Notes under the pieces: model-generated
What the model was told of the DNA's origin: nothing
Database searches by the model: none
The model's input: only the letters and a program-made list of their open reading frames with translations
DNA from: Pseudomonadota bacterium
Lineage (GTDB): Bacteria; Bdellovibrionota_B; Oligoflexia; Oligoflexales; RGVZ01
DNA: 64,000 bases
NCBI GenBank assembly: GCA_041178085.1
Contig: JBEGVZ010000085.1
Coordinates: forward strand, 1-64,000
Direction of reading: 5' to 3'
Shown: positions 22,448 to 32,676 of the stretch, piece by piece
Layout of the letters: each line of letters starts with the position of its first letter
Numbering within the stretch: the stretch's first letter is position 1
Translations under genes and position numbers: made by a program

Positions 22448-23596
22448 ATGAGTGAAGTTGACGTTTCGATCGTCATGCCGTGCCTGAATGAAGCGCGGAC
22501 ATTGGCTGATTGCATTTCAAAAGCTACAAATTACCTTCAATTCTCTGGTTGCCGAGGAGAAATCATAGTCGCTGACAATGGCTCCAGTGACGACTCGGCA
22601 ATCATCGCCCAGTCTAACGGCGCCAGGGTCGTCTCTGTCGCAGCCAGAGGTTACGGCGCCGCTTGTCTGGGAGGAATAAAAGCCGCGCAGGGAAGATACG
22701 TCATCCTCGGGGATTCTGACGGTAGCTACGACTTTTTGCGGCTGGAAGGATTCCATCAGAAACTTGAAGAAGGCTTTGAAGTGGTGATCGGAAACCGCTT
22801 CAAGGGTGGCATCAAACCCAATGCGATGCCATGGAAGAACCGCCTGCTCGGCAATCCAGTCCTTAGTTTGCTTGGTAGAATTTTGGCCGGTAATCAGATT
22901 GGTGATTTTCATTGTGGCCTTCGCGGTTTTCACCGGGAGAAAATCGTCAACTTGGGTCTGCGTTCTACCGGAATGGAGTTTGCCAGTGAGCTGATTGTGC
23001 GGGCCGCTGGCGCTGGCCTCCGAATCACTGAAGTTCCAACAGTACTCTACCCAGACGGGCGGGGAAGGCGGCCTCATTTGCGCCCGTGGCGCGATGGCTG
23101 GCGGCACTTGTGTCTGCTGTGCATCCTTGCCCCGAAAAGGCTGCTCGCAATTCCGGGAATCATCCTTTTTTTTGCAGGTGCAATCGGATTAGCCGGAACG
23201 GTGACCAGGACTATGCATATTGGCGATGCTGTTCTGGATATTGGTGGCATGCTTTGCTTTGGACTCATTTTAAATATTGGGTTTCAACTTCTCATTTCTG
23301 GATTTCTTTTGGATGAGATTCTCCGTGTAAATGAAGCGCGTGGACAATTAATGTCTCAGTACCTTTCAATCAACCGGATAGCTCCATTCGGATTTGGCTT
23401 GTTCTCAGGGTCTGTCCTCGGCATCGCGATCGCCCTGGAAAAATGGCGGGAAGCTGGATTCGCAGGAATGCCTTCAACGGATCACGCCCGTCTCATTGGG
23501 TTTTCGTTGATCATTGGTATACTTTCCATCCAACTATTCACGACCGGACTTGCAGTAGATGCATTGCGGTATTCCAGAACACAGCCTGGGAAGTGA
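22448..23596 (+). CDS. GT2 polyprenol-phosphate glycosyltransferase (DPM1-like) with C-terminal TM helices
   Basis: VSIVMPCLNEA, VADNGSSD, GYGAA, GDSDGSYD, DFHCGLRGF, GMEFASE, HLRPWRDGWRHL; about 4 TM helices; start trimmed to ATG 22448. Confidence 0.92.
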   Translation: MSEVDVSIVMPCLNEARTLADCISKATNYLQFSGCRGEIIVADNGSSDDSAIIAQSNGARVVSVAARGYGAACLGGIKAAQGRYVILGDSDGSYDFLRLEGFHQKLEEGFEVVIGNRFKGGIKPNAMPWKNRLLGNPVLSLLGRILAGNQIGDFHCGLRGFHREKIVNLGLRSTGMEFASELIVRAAGAGLRITEVPTVLYPDGRGRRPHLRPWRDGWRHLCLLCILAPKRLLAIPGIILFFAGAIGLAGTVTRTMHIGDAVLDIGGMLCFGLILNIGFQLLISGFLLDEILRVNEARGQLMSQYLSINRIAPFGFGLFSGSVLGIAIALEKWREAGFAGMPSTDHARLIGFSLIIGILSIQLFTTGLAVDALRYSRTQPGK

Positions 23597-23648
23597 ACTG
23601 CGAAAAGTATCGTGCCTAAGTCCGGTTAGTGATGCCATCGAATAGGCG

Positions 23649-25115
23649 TTGAACATGCACTACCGTGCCTTGCTGCCAAAAACTTTTGATGACCGATTGG
23701 CAATGTATGGCTTGCTGGCGGTTCTATCGGTTCTTTTTTTCCGCCTTTTTGACTCCTTTAACCTGGATGAAACCGGACTGCTGTTTGTCTTGAACCAGTC
23801 CCCATCGGCGGCATTTCGCGACTTTACGACCACGTGCCCCATGCTTTCGGCTTTCGAAATCATCATGTGGCCCTGGACAAAATTAGTGGGTTCCAATGAA
23901 TTCCTGTTTCGGCTGCCATCATTTCTTTTTTTCGTCGTTTACCTTGCAGTTGTTTTCGATATCGGCAGAACGCATTTCTCAGGAGCTTCAGGCCTGATTT
24001 TTGTCTTGATTGCTTCTTCGATTCCTCAAGTTCAGGCATTTGGCGCGACAGCAAGGCCATACTCACTTGCTTTGCTGACTTCCGCGCTTAGTCTGCGGGG
24101 GGTCTTCTCCTGGAGTCGAAAACCAAGTGTTTTTTCCGCATTTCACGCAGGCGCGTGGCTGGCGATGGCCTGCCTTACGCGTGTCTTTTCTGTGGAAATT
24201 TTGCCGGTTGTCTTCGTGTATATGTTCTGGCGAATGAGACGTGAGAAGTACTCTTTGAGCAATTCGGCGAAAAACATCGCGGCATTCGCCTCTCTTCCTG
24301 CGGCCGCCATCTTGTTACAGATACCATTGATACTTCACTTCAAATCGCAAACGGCTTTTCATTCTTTTGCTGGCGAACGATCCCTGGAATTGGCCTATCA
24401 TCTAATGCTCAAGCCAGTATTCCCTCCTGACATTGTGCTTCCGGTTGTCGCCATGGTCCTGATTCTGCGATTCTCAATCAAAGAACAGGCTAATGCGATT
24501 TTTTGTCTCGCGCTTGCGCTGGCGCCAATTGGGGTAAATTTTTTCCTTACGGTTGTCGCCGACGACTTTTTGATTTCAGAGAAATATGTCAATGCGTCTT
24601 ACGTCCCAGCGACGATTCTCTGCTCGGCTCTGGCGAGCTGCTCAATGGTGAAAGCCGGCCGCCGATCGCGCTGGCTTAAAAGCGGATTTCTTATCTGGAT
24701 TTCTATCGTTGGGACTCTTTCGGCGATTACATTGCCATCAGAAAACGAGGATTGGCGGCGGGCATTTAACATCGTCAGAGCCATGGACGGGATCCGGGCT
24801 GAAAAATTGCTTTTAGTGCCAGGATTCTTTGAAAATCAGCACATGGATTTGATAAATCTCCCGTCACTGAAAGCTCCAGCGGCGGCCTATGGCATTGCGT
24901 CACCAATCATCGTTGTCCCCAAAGTCAAATCCGATTCTGCCACCAAGTGGGTTTTTGACATGATTGAGAGGGAGGGATTGAGGATCGAAAGGCGCCCAAT
25001 TTTGATGGTTGGAAAATCCCCCTATGGACAAACAGCGATCAGCGTAGCTGAAATGGCAGGAAAAAGAATAACCGGTATTTCGTTCAGTAACATCGACGTG
25101 TTTATGCTTTACTGA
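23649..25115 (+). CDS. GT-C fold membrane glycosyltransferase (ArnT/PMT-like)
   Basis: Polytopic membrane protein; LDE motif after TM1, EFLFRLPS, ARPYSL; soluble C-terminal tail. Confidence 0.75.
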   Translation: MNMHYRALLPKTFDDRLAMYGLLAVLSVLFFRLFDSFNLDETGLLFVLNQSPSAAFRDFTTTCPMLSAFEIIMWPWTKLVGSNEFLFRLPSFLFFVVYLAVVFDIGRTHFSGASGLIFVLIASSIPQVQAFGATARPYSLALLTSALSLRGVFSWSRKPSVFSAFHAGAWLAMACLTRVFSVEILPVVFVYMFWRMRREKYSLSNSAKNIAAFASLPAAAILLQIPLILHFKSQTAFHSFAGERSLELAYHLMLKPVFPPDIVLPVVAMVLILRFSIKEQANAIFCLALALAPIGVNFFLTVVADDFLISEKYVNASYVPATILCSALASCSMVKAGRRSRWLKSGFLIWISIVGTLSAITLPSENEDWRRAFNIVRAMDGIRAEKLLLVPGFFENQHMDLINLPSLKAPAAAYGIASPIIVVPKVKSDSATKWVFDMIEREGLRIERRPILMVGKSPYGQTAISVAEMAGKRITGISFSNIDVFMLY

Positions 25116-25119
25116 TGAT

Positions 25120-25869
25120 CTACAAATTTCTTGGCTGATGGCAAATCGCGAGCAGGATCTCAGGAGTTTGGTTTTGTTTGGTAAGGCCCGGTTCCTCGGA
25201 GGGACAAATACCCAAAAAATTGCCCAGCAGTTTGCGCGCCTGGTGGATGCGGGTCGCCAAGGCTGGAAAAAACTCACCGATTCGGGCCAGTATCACCTGG
25301 TAGCGTTCACTGTATTGACTTTGCCCGATCATTTGGACGTGGCCAAAATATCCGTATAGCAGGCTGTAAAACTCTGCGTGAGAGTATTCCCGGACATGAA
25401 ACCGGTTGAATGGCCGGTCTTGAATTTTCTTTCCCGGATTGAACAGATCCCGGTTTGGGGTAGAACAAACGAAGTAGCCGCCAGTTCGGAGTGTCCGACA
25501 CACTTCCCGGAGTACGCCGTGATCATCGCCGACATGTTCAATTGTCTCGAAACAGATGAAAAGGTCGATGCTTTGGTTTGGAATCGGCAAATCACAAATG
25601 TTGGCATTTACGTGATTAATTAGCGGATGAGAATGGAAGGCCCTCGCCTCGCTCAGGGCGTCTTCATTTGTATCAAAAGCCCAGACATGTTTTGCACCAC
25701 TAGACGCGATCATCTGCGAACCATACCCTGTACCACAGGCGGCATCGGCAACAACTCGATCCTTGACCAATGACTTGATCCACGTATAGCGCGCCAAATG
25801 CTGCCGTTTCACCCAAGGAGGTGCCCACTTTTTATCCGAATAACGTTCATCGGGTCTTAAATGGGTCAT
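25120..25869 (-). CDS. Class I SAM-dependent methyltransferase (glycan-cluster type)
   Basis: HLARY, VADAACGTGYGS, CFETIEHV, STPN, FHVREY. Confidence 0.9.
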   Translation of the reverse strand: MTHLRPDERYSDKKWAPPWVKRQHLARYTWIKSLVKDRVVADAACGTGYGSQMIASSGAKHVWAFDTNEDALSEARAFHSHPLINHVNANICDLPIPNQSIDLFICFETIEHVGDDHGVLREVCRTLRTGGYFVCSTPNRDLFNPGKKIQDRPFNRFHVREYSHAEFYSLLYGYFGHVQMIGQSQYSERYQVILARIGEFFPALATRIHQARKLLGNFLGICPSEEPGLTKQNQTPEILLAICHQPRNL

Positions 25870-26855
25870 AGGTAAATAGCTCTTCTGGCAAGAATGCGGT
25901 CCACAATCCTGGACGCATGCATATAATTGAGCAATCCCCGGCCTCCGAGTTTCAATGCGCGTTTCAGGAGGTTGGTCAATGAAATTACCATGGGTGTTAT
26001 TCCGGATTGTCCGGCTTCCGCCAGGAAAATATTAACATCTGCAGAGAACTGCGCCATTTGACGGAGTGGCTCTGGAACGCAGATGTTTTCCTTCCGCGCC
26101 AGCGCAATTCCGAAATCCAGGGATTCACAAATGTTTCTGCGAAACTCATCCCTTTGTTTGATTATCTGCATGGTTTGGGAATTTCTGTGAACCCGGAACG
26201 AGACCGTCGGTTCCTTGAGATGGATCCAGCTTGCCCGTGCCGCTAACTTTAGCCAAAACTCCCAGTCTGCAGTGTATTTCGTCCGGGCGTTCAGACCACC
26301 ATTAGATACCGCAATCTCCGTTCTGAAAACCGGGGCACAAATGGAAAGGGAATTTTGTACGAGCAGGTGGTGGAATGGTTGATGCTCAACCGGCGAAGAT
26401 TTTGGTGTCGAGAAAGGTGAACGCCAACGTCCAGTGCGCTCTCCATTTGCGTTGATGAACCATGATTCCGTCGTGATCCATTCGCAATCAGGTTTATTGT
26501 TAATCGCTTCTTTGATTAGCTTGAGGCGATTTGATTCCCACCGGTCGTCCTGATGCAAAAAGCAGGAAAAAACTCCCGCGGCTTCATTCAGACCGATATT
26601 GGAGTTTGATGCCCAGTTACCAGTATGAGGGATCGACAGGAGCCTGCATCGGAAAGTCGAAACGAACTCAGAAACGATTTGGGGTCCCGCATCGTCAGAG
26701 CCATCATCGACAACAATGACTTCAACCCCCGTCAGGTCGGCAAAATTTTGTGATTCGATAGATTCCAGAGTGCTGGCGATATATTCCGCTCCATTGAAAA
26801 GAGGAATGATCACCGTCAGCCAAAAATTCTGATCCAAGGGAATAGCCGTCTCCAT
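25866..26855 (-). CDS. Glycosyltransferase family 2
   Basis: TVIIPLFNGAEYI, VVDDGSDD, FLHQDD, ADWEFWLKLA, FRVH. Confidence 0.9.
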   Translation of the reverse strand: METAIPLDQNFWLTVIIPLFNGAEYIASTLESIESQNFADLTGVEVIVVDDGSDDAGPQIVSEFVSTFRCRLLSIPHTGNWASNSNIGLNEAAGVFSCFLHQDDRWESNRLKLIKEAINNKPDCEWITTESWFINANGERTGRWRSPFSTPKSSPVEHQPFHHLLVQNSLSICAPVFRTEIAVSNGGLNARTKYTADWEFWLKLAARASWIHLKEPTVSFRVHRNSQTMQIIKQRDEFRRNICESLDFGIALARKENICVPEPLRQMAQFSADVNIFLAEAGQSGITPMVISLTNLLKRALKLGGRGLLNYMHASRIVDRILARRAIYL

Positions 26856-27128
26856 GTATGCCGTTGGGCGATATCATAACATGCCGGGTTCGATCATCGA
26901 ATCGACTCAGAGAGTCATTGAGCGTGAAGATTGGGAATTCCTGCGAGACCTACTCGGGTTTTCAGGCACCAACTGGAAGTGTCAAAGGCCATGCCAGCCG
27001 TCTAAAAAACTGTTTTGATATCGGGACTTTCAGAGGCCGATGTCAATGGATTGATAACGCCTGAATGAATCCTCAAAATTCCCCTAAAGACCTGACTCTG
27101 CAGGCCGAATCCCTCTAGAGAGGGAGAA

Positions 27129-30100
27129 ATGGCCTTTAATTTACCACTTATGGTTGTGCCGCCACTTCGGACGCGGCTAATTTTGGGCCGTCTGGGAGTC
27201 ATCGTTTCCGTGGCCAGCCTGTCAGGTTGCCTCCGGGGGCCAGCCCTCCTCCAGTCGAGCGGTTCCATCCAGTCGACTGAATTGGTGGTTTTATCGGTCA
27301 CCGAAGACGATGGCGCAGCCACCGGAGATTACGATCCTGACCACCGCGGCGACCAGTTGCTAAGGGCATCTGCGACCTCTGCCATCAGCGGTGCATCGGT
27401 GCTTTTTCCGGCCGGGGCCTTATCGTTTCCTCTCTCGGTTACGATCGAAGAAGGGGTCTCCATTGCCAACGCATCGGTTGCGACCGAAATCGGTCTGACT
27501 TCTCTGGGTGACGCAGGGGCGGCGGTTGTCCTTTCGGCCGGGGCTAGTGTGAATACCGACGCTCCCCTTGTTCTTTCTTTGCCTCTTCCGCAGATATCCG
27601 CCCTTAGTCTTTTGCTGTCTCTTCTCGATGACCCCTACGCGAAGATGGCCGTGATCTACCGGGTGGTCGATGCAGCGACCGGCAAAACAGAGACGGGTGT
27701 GATCCCCCGCCGCGAAGTGGAAATAAAAGATGGCAAGGCAGTCGTCACGACGACCCGTTTTGGCACGTTCCAGACAGTTGTCTTGCCAGAGGACGAGGTA
27801 ACGGAGCGGAAGAAGGTTGAATCCGAAGTGAAGCAGGATATCATCACGAAGCGGACGGAAAGACTTCTGCCGCAAATTTCAGACCAGCTGACATTATCGC
27901 CCGGGCCATCAGGCAAGGTGGGTGAGCGGACTGAGGTTGTCCTTTCCGGCTCGAACTTCAAAGAGCATTTGAAGCTGAGCTTGAAGAATGCCGCTGGAAT
28001 TTGGAAGATTAAAACAAAACTGAAGGTATCATCCGAAGGCTCGACTGTTTCCTTTTATTACCCTTCGGATGCACCTGAAGGGGTTCAATTTGACCTGGTG
28101 GTAGAGCAATCCGGTGTGGAGCGGGTCATCCCCGCACCCCCATTTGACAAGTCTGGACCGGGGTTGACAGTTGTCGTCCAGGCGGCCACCGGTTCCCCCT
28201 CATGGACCAACGATCGCTTTGTAAAGAGTTCTCATCAGTACGACGTCACGGTCACTGTGACGGATTATCACAGACTCGGCATGGCTCTCGTGGACATCGT
28301 TGGGACAGCAGGAAACGCTTCGGCGTCGGTGACCACACCATCAGTGTCGGGAAACCAGCTTGTTTTCAGTCTTAAAACGTTTGCCGGAAACGGAGCGCTG
28401 GCCGTTTTTCTAAAACCAGGAGCATTTCTGGATGACGCCGGAAACGGCAGCGCATCCACACCAGTTTCATCGTTTAGGGTTGACAATACCCCACCTCTGA
28501 TCGAGATGAATTCACCGATCCTTTCGGCGTCGAAGTCTGGGATCCAACTAAATCCAAAAATTTCGGATGCAGGCGCGGGCCAGATCGTGTGCAGTTGGAC
28601 GGCTTCCGCCGTCACATTCGCCAATTCATCGCAATGTGTAACGATAGCAACAGTCACCGGAAACGGTGATAAAACCGTCACGATCGAGGCTAGGGATGCC
28701 ATCGGAAACTCGTCATCATTCAATGCAATCCTTCGTGTCAATGATATAGCCCCCACTCTGAGTGTCGTTAAAACCAGTGTGGGTTTGACCAACGGTTTTG
28801 CGACGACTGCAGATGTTGAGTTTCTGCTGAACTATACAGGCGCCAGCCGAATCGACATAGGCCCGGGCAAAGTAACGATTAGCAAGGAGGGAGATGTCGT
28901 CGCCTCAGTGAAATCTGTCACTGTCGTCACGCAACCAACCTCGGCAAAGGTGGTTGTCGCAATCACGAGCGGCAGCGGGATCATCGGATTAAATGTTGAT
29001 GCTGGAACGGCTTTTAATGACGTTGAAACCGGTGCGCCGTCTGGAAATTTGGCCCCAACAGCCGCGCAAGGCCTGGTCGTTGACAATGCGAAGCCAGAAG
29101 TCTCAAGTTTTGTGGTTCCTGCCCCCGGAGTTTTCAAGTCAGCCTTTACACCTACCGGGGCGGCAACTGATGCGGGTGGTTCGGGTATGGATCCCGTTAG
29201 TTGGGCGGCGGAGGGTACGCCCGCCGCAAATATCGATATCACCCAGACCCCTCTTATGATTTCAGGGGGTACAACCCAAGGCACTTACCGGGTGAAAGTC
29301 ACGGCTGTGGACAAGGCGGGAAATTCCAATTCGAAGATCCTGCAATTTGAGTGGGACACCGTTGCGCCGCCTCCCCCTGCGGTGGCACCAGCAAGCGGAA
29401 TCAAATTTGCGCAAAATTTCGATGCTTTGATCTCGACGACAGAAACAAACGTCAAGTTCGCAGTCAACGGACCATCTAACTCAATCCCGGCAGACCCCAA
29501 TTGTGCCGGCACGCTATCAACGCCGGACGCGGCGGGAAATCTTGCCGTGCTCGTCACTGCTCCGACGGGGCCGGGAACGAAATATTTGAAGGTCGTCACG
29601 TGCGATTTGGCAGGTAACGCATCGATCTTGGTCGTGCGTGAATTCGTCGCGGCGGCCCCAGATGAAGCCCCGGCTAACCTGGCAGCCGCTCCAAGCGAAC
29701 GAAAGATTGACCTGGCTTGGAGCGCGGTTCCTAGGGCCACAGCTTATGAGATCACCCAGTCGAATTTGGGAACCGTGACCGTATTCATGACATCTTATTC
29801 GGCGGCAGGCCTGACTGACGGCACATCATACATGTTCACAATCTGCGGAAAGAATCAATACGGCACAGCGACTGGCGCCCAGTGTGCTTCCATAACGGAG
29901 ACGGCTGGGGCTCAAAAAAGATTAGGACGCCCGTCCCAAATCAATAGCTTTAAAAAAGATTCGTCCTGGGATGTGGTCTCATACCGTGAAGGCTTGGCGC
30001 TGAAATTCATCGCGCACAGTTCCGGATTGATCGAATCCTCTAGTGATTCCTGGAAGATGTCGTCCGTGAATTTGGACTCCGCAGCATCTGAAGTGTCTCT

Positions 30101-31937
30101 GGATGCAAACACGGACCCTTCGGTGCCTGATGTCTTGATTGCCGAATCTCAATCCGAAGGGGTTGCCCTTCACCATTTTCATTTGCCTACGTCAGGAACA
30201 TTATCACTTAAATCGAAGCATGTAGTTTTTGCCGAGCAAAATTTGATCCACCCCTCTGTATCGTTTGATAGCACAAAGGCCATGTTCTGTGTGGCTGCAG
30301 CCAAGCGATTTGGGGCTTCCAAGTTTCAGCCTAGACTGCGCTGCGGTGAAATCGCCTCTTCCAATGCAGCGCTTCAACCGCTCGCTAGCCTTATTGAGTT
30401 TCCGCCGATCGAAGGACACGGGGAAGTGACAGATCTGCGTATTGCCCCTAGCGCAACAGCGGGTCAATTTAATTTGGTCATTTCGACCAGCGCAAAAAAA
30501 TTGTTTTCCTGGCTAGTTTCACCCCGTTCATGGGGGGCATTACCTACTGGGGCCGATCCATTGTCCCTTGCGAGGTCGGCAGGATTTCCCTGCACGGCGC
30601 CCTGCACTGTATACAGCGCTGTCACTTATAAGGGTGCTCTTTATGTCGGGGGGGCATTCATGCTGGTCGATCGTGATGGGCAGCAGGTATTCAGCAGCCT
30701 CGCACGCTTTTCGGTTGACGGTTGGGAGTCTGTCGGTGAGGCCAACCAGCCGGTGAAAGCTCTTGCTGTTTCGCCAAATGGCAGCGAGTTATATGCGGGG
30801 GGCGCGTTCACGACAATCAATAATATTCCAGCACCCTATATTGCGGCCTTTGATGGGATTACCTGGACTCCTGTCCCTCCGGCTGGAGCACCTACGGCTC
30901 CTGTTTCCGCTTTGGCTTTCGACTCCTATAGCGATCTTTTTGTCGGCGCGGGGGATATTTATAAACTGAGCGCAGGGTCATGGGTTACACACATTAATTT
31001 GTCAGGTTGCGGTGAAGTTCGTTCGATCAAAGTTGATTTGACCAACAAGGTGCATATTGCAACTGCAACTATCTGCTCCGCGCAGCCACTGAGTGGTCCT
31101 TCTGTGAATTACGCACCAGTTGGCACGGCTGCCATGGCGGTTGGTGAAGACGGGTTGCCTTATGCCGCTGGCGCCATCGTTGCTGGTGGTGGTGCCGCGC
31201 CCTTCGTGAAGAAGTGGACTACGACTCTTGGTGCTGAATGGTCTTGGTCGGACGTAAACTCCAACCTGTTGCCTTCGAGTGGCTTTCTGCCAGCAGCAAT
31301 AGCTGCAATCGCTGGTCATGTTTTTGTGGCCGGTAACGACAAAATCGTTCGATTAAATGGAACTACCTGGACGGTCGGCGCGTGCAGCGCAGCTGACCCC
31401 ACGCAGGAGATTCGATCTTTGTTGCCGACGTCATGGGGCTTGGTAGCCGCTGGGAACATGTCGGCCATAAAATGCGGCACGAACACGTTGGACAATACAG
31501 CTGGCGTGGCCCTATTGGGGAGTTATGCGGTGCTAGCAAGCTTTGCAGGGGAGAGTTCTTCTGGGTTCGGAGCTTACTGGGATTCCATTACAAAACGGCT
31601 TCATTTTGCGCAAAAATTGGACATCCCTGTATCTGGCAGCTACGTAAGGTATTTTAACTTCGATGCGGAGAGGCTCACGTGGGGGGAATCCGGCGATGTT
31701 CCTGCGCCAAGTAATGCCGTCAGGCCGTTTCCCTTGGTTTCTGGCAGTTCTCTAAAAGTCTTCTGGTCGCTGCCTGGTTCCGTTCAGGAAGCATCGCGCA
31801 CACAAATACACAATGGTAGTAGCGTTTTTGGAAGTGCAAGTAATACTTTTAATCCGGTGAACTACCCCGGCATTGTTGGCGACCCAGCCAAAGTTTATGC
31901 GATCGGGTCAAGTGGCCTTCAATTCAGGGCGCCGTGA
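27129..31937 (+). CDS. Large (1602 aa) surface lipoprotein with Ig-like/FN3 repeats and C-terminal beta-propeller-like region
   Basis: Lipobox LSGC at residues 31-34; repeated D-x-[AI]-G-N Ig-like signatures; FN3-like APANLAA...LAWSAV...GLTDGTSY; propeller-like LYVGGAF/LYAGGAFT...IAAFDGITW. Confidence 0.8.
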   Translation: MAFNLPLMVVPPLRTRLILGRLGVIVSVASLSGCLRGPALLQSSGSIQSTELVVLSVTEDDGAATGDYDPDHRGDQLLRASATSAISGASVLFPAGALSFPLSVTIEEGVSIANASVATEIGLTSLGDAGAAVVLSAGASVNTDAPLVLSLPLPQISALSLLLSLLDDPYAKMAVIYRVVDAATGKTETGVIPRREVEIKDGKAVVTTTRFGTFQTVVLPEDEVTERKKVESEVKQDIITKRTERLLPQISDQLTLSPGPSGKVGERTEVVLSGSNFKEHLKLSLKNAAGIWKIKTKLKVSSEGSTVSFYYPSDAPEGVQFDLVVEQSGVERVIPAPPFDKSGPGLTVVVQAATGSPSWTNDRFVKSSHQYDVTVTVTDYHRLGMALVDIVGTAGNASASVTTPSVSGNQLVFSLKTFAGNGALAVFLKPGAFLDDAGNGSASTPVSSFRVDNTPPLIEMNSPILSASKSGIQLNPKISDAGAGQIVCSWTASAVTFANSSQCVTIATVTGNGDKTVTIEARDAIGNSSSFNAILRVNDIAPTLSVVKTSVGLTNGFATTADVEFLLNYTGASRIDIGPGKVTISKEGDVVASVKSVTVVTQPTSAKVVVAITSGSGIIGLNVDAGTAFNDVETGAPSGNLAPTAAQGLVVDNAKPEVSSFVVPAPGVFKSAFTPTGAATDAGGSGMDPVSWAAEGTPAANIDITQTPLMISGGTTQGTYRVKVTAVDKAGNSNSKILQFEWDTVAPPPPAVAPASGIKFAQNFDALISTTETNVKFAVNGPSNSIPADPNCAGTLSTPDAAGNLAVLVTAPTGPGTKYLKVVTCDLAGNASILVVREFVAAAPDEAPANLAAAPSERKIDLAWSAVPRATAYEITQSNLGTVTVFMTSYSAAGLTDGTSYMFTICGKNQYGTATGAQCASITETAGAQKRLGRPSQINSFKKDSSWDVVSYREGLALKFIAHSSGLIESSSDSWKMSSVNLDSAASEVSLDANTDPSVPDVLIAESQSEGVALHHFHLPTSGTLSLKSKHVVFAEQNLIHPSVSFDSTKAMFCVAAAKRFGASKFQPRLRCGEIASSNAALQPLASLIEFPPIEGHGEVTDLRIAPSATAGQFNLVISTSAKKLFSWLVSPRSWGALPTGADPLSLARSAGFPCTAPCTVYSAVTYKGALYVGGAFMLVDRDGQQVFSSLARFSVDGWESVGEANQPVKALAVSPNGSELYAGGAFTTINNIPAPYIAAFDGITWTPVPPAGAPTAPVSALAFDSYSDLFVGAGDIYKLSAGSWVTHINLSGCGEVRSIKVDLTNKVHIATATICSAQPLSGPSVNYAPVGTAAMAVGEDGLPYAAGAIVAGGGAAPFVKKWTTTLGAEWSWSDVNSNLLPSSGFLPAAIAAIAGHVFVAGNDKIVRLNGTTWTVGACSAADPTQEIRSLLPTSWGLVAAGNMSAIKCGTNTLDNTAGVALLGSYAVLASFAGESSSGFGAYWDSITKRLHFAQKLDIPVSGSYVRYFNFDAERLTWGESGDVPAPSNAVRPFPLVSGSSLKVFWSLPGSVQEASRTQIHNGSSVFGSASNTFNPVNYPGIVGDPAKVYAIGSSGLQFRAP

Positions 31938-31967
31938 AGAGCATTCTCCAAAATCGATGGTTAGGTG

Positions 31968-31973
31968 TATAAT
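31968..31973 (+). promoter_or_regulatory. Candidate sigma70 -10 element giving a very short leader
   Basis: Perfect TATAAT ending 10 nt before ATG 31984; no obvious SD sequence. Confidence 0.45.
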
Positions 31974-31983
31974 CTCTGACACC

Positions 31984-32676
31984 ATGGCGTCTCCCACCAT
32001 CATCCTTGTCATCCCCTGCTTCAATGAAGCACGTCGGATTGATCTTAAAGTCTTTGCCGCTGCGGCGAAGCAGGTGCGCTTTCTTTTTGTCGATGACGGC
32101 AGCACCGATGGAACCGGGGATGTGATCTCTGCCCGTTTGCCCGAAGGTGGAAAGCTTCTGCGCCTGAAAAAAAATCAGGGCAAAGCCGAGGCGGTCCGCC
32201 AAGGAGTTTTGTCTGCTCTTGATGGCGAGAAGGTAGACTGGATCGGTTACTGGGACGCGGACTTGTCGACCCCTCTGGATGAGGTCGAAAAGTTTCTTGA
32301 GTTTGCGGGTGACGCAGACGGGATTTATGGCTCGCGCGTCAAGCGACTTGGAGCAACCATTGTACGGTCTCGTTTCAGACACGGCGTGGGGCGCACGTTT
32401 GCCACGGTGTCGCAGATGCTGCTTCACCTTGATGCCTACGACACTCAGTGCGGGGCCAAGCTTTTCCGTCCAGAGGTTGCCCGCAAGGCGTTCAGCAAGC
32501 CATTTATTTCGCGCTGGATCTTTGATGTTGAGATCCTTCTGCGCCTTCGGGGGCACCGCATCATTGAATATCCCCTCAGTCGCTGGGAAGACGTACGCGG
32601 CAGCAAGGTGCGCGTTTTTTCCTCTGCTATCAGGATATTCACCGACCTTATCGCCATCAGGAGGCGCTATCTGTGA
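31984..32676 (+). CDS. GT2 glycosyltransferase (dolichyl-phosphate glucosyltransferase/ALG5-like)
   Basis: VIPCFNEARR, NQGKAEAVRQG, YWDADLSTP, DTQCGAKLF, WIFDVEIL; start trimmed. Confidence 0.9.
   Translation: MASPTIILVIPCFNEARRIDLKVFAAAAKQVRFLFVDDGSTDGTGDVISARLPEGGKLLRLKKNQGKAEAVRQGVLSALDGEKVDWIGYWDADLSTPLDEVEKFLEFAGDADGIYGSRVKRLGATIVRSRFRHGVGRTFATVSQMLLHLDAYDTQCGAKLFRPEVARKAFSKPFISRWIFDVEILLRLRGHRIIEYPLSRWEDVRGSKVRVFSSAIRIFTDLIAIRRRYL

Noticed and set aside
21942..22455. ORFs of about 100 aa overlapping the tRNA-Ser genes (and 63192-63528 over tRNA-Lys/Glu)
   Set aside because: Translations of tRNA sequence (MAEREGFEPS-type artefacts)
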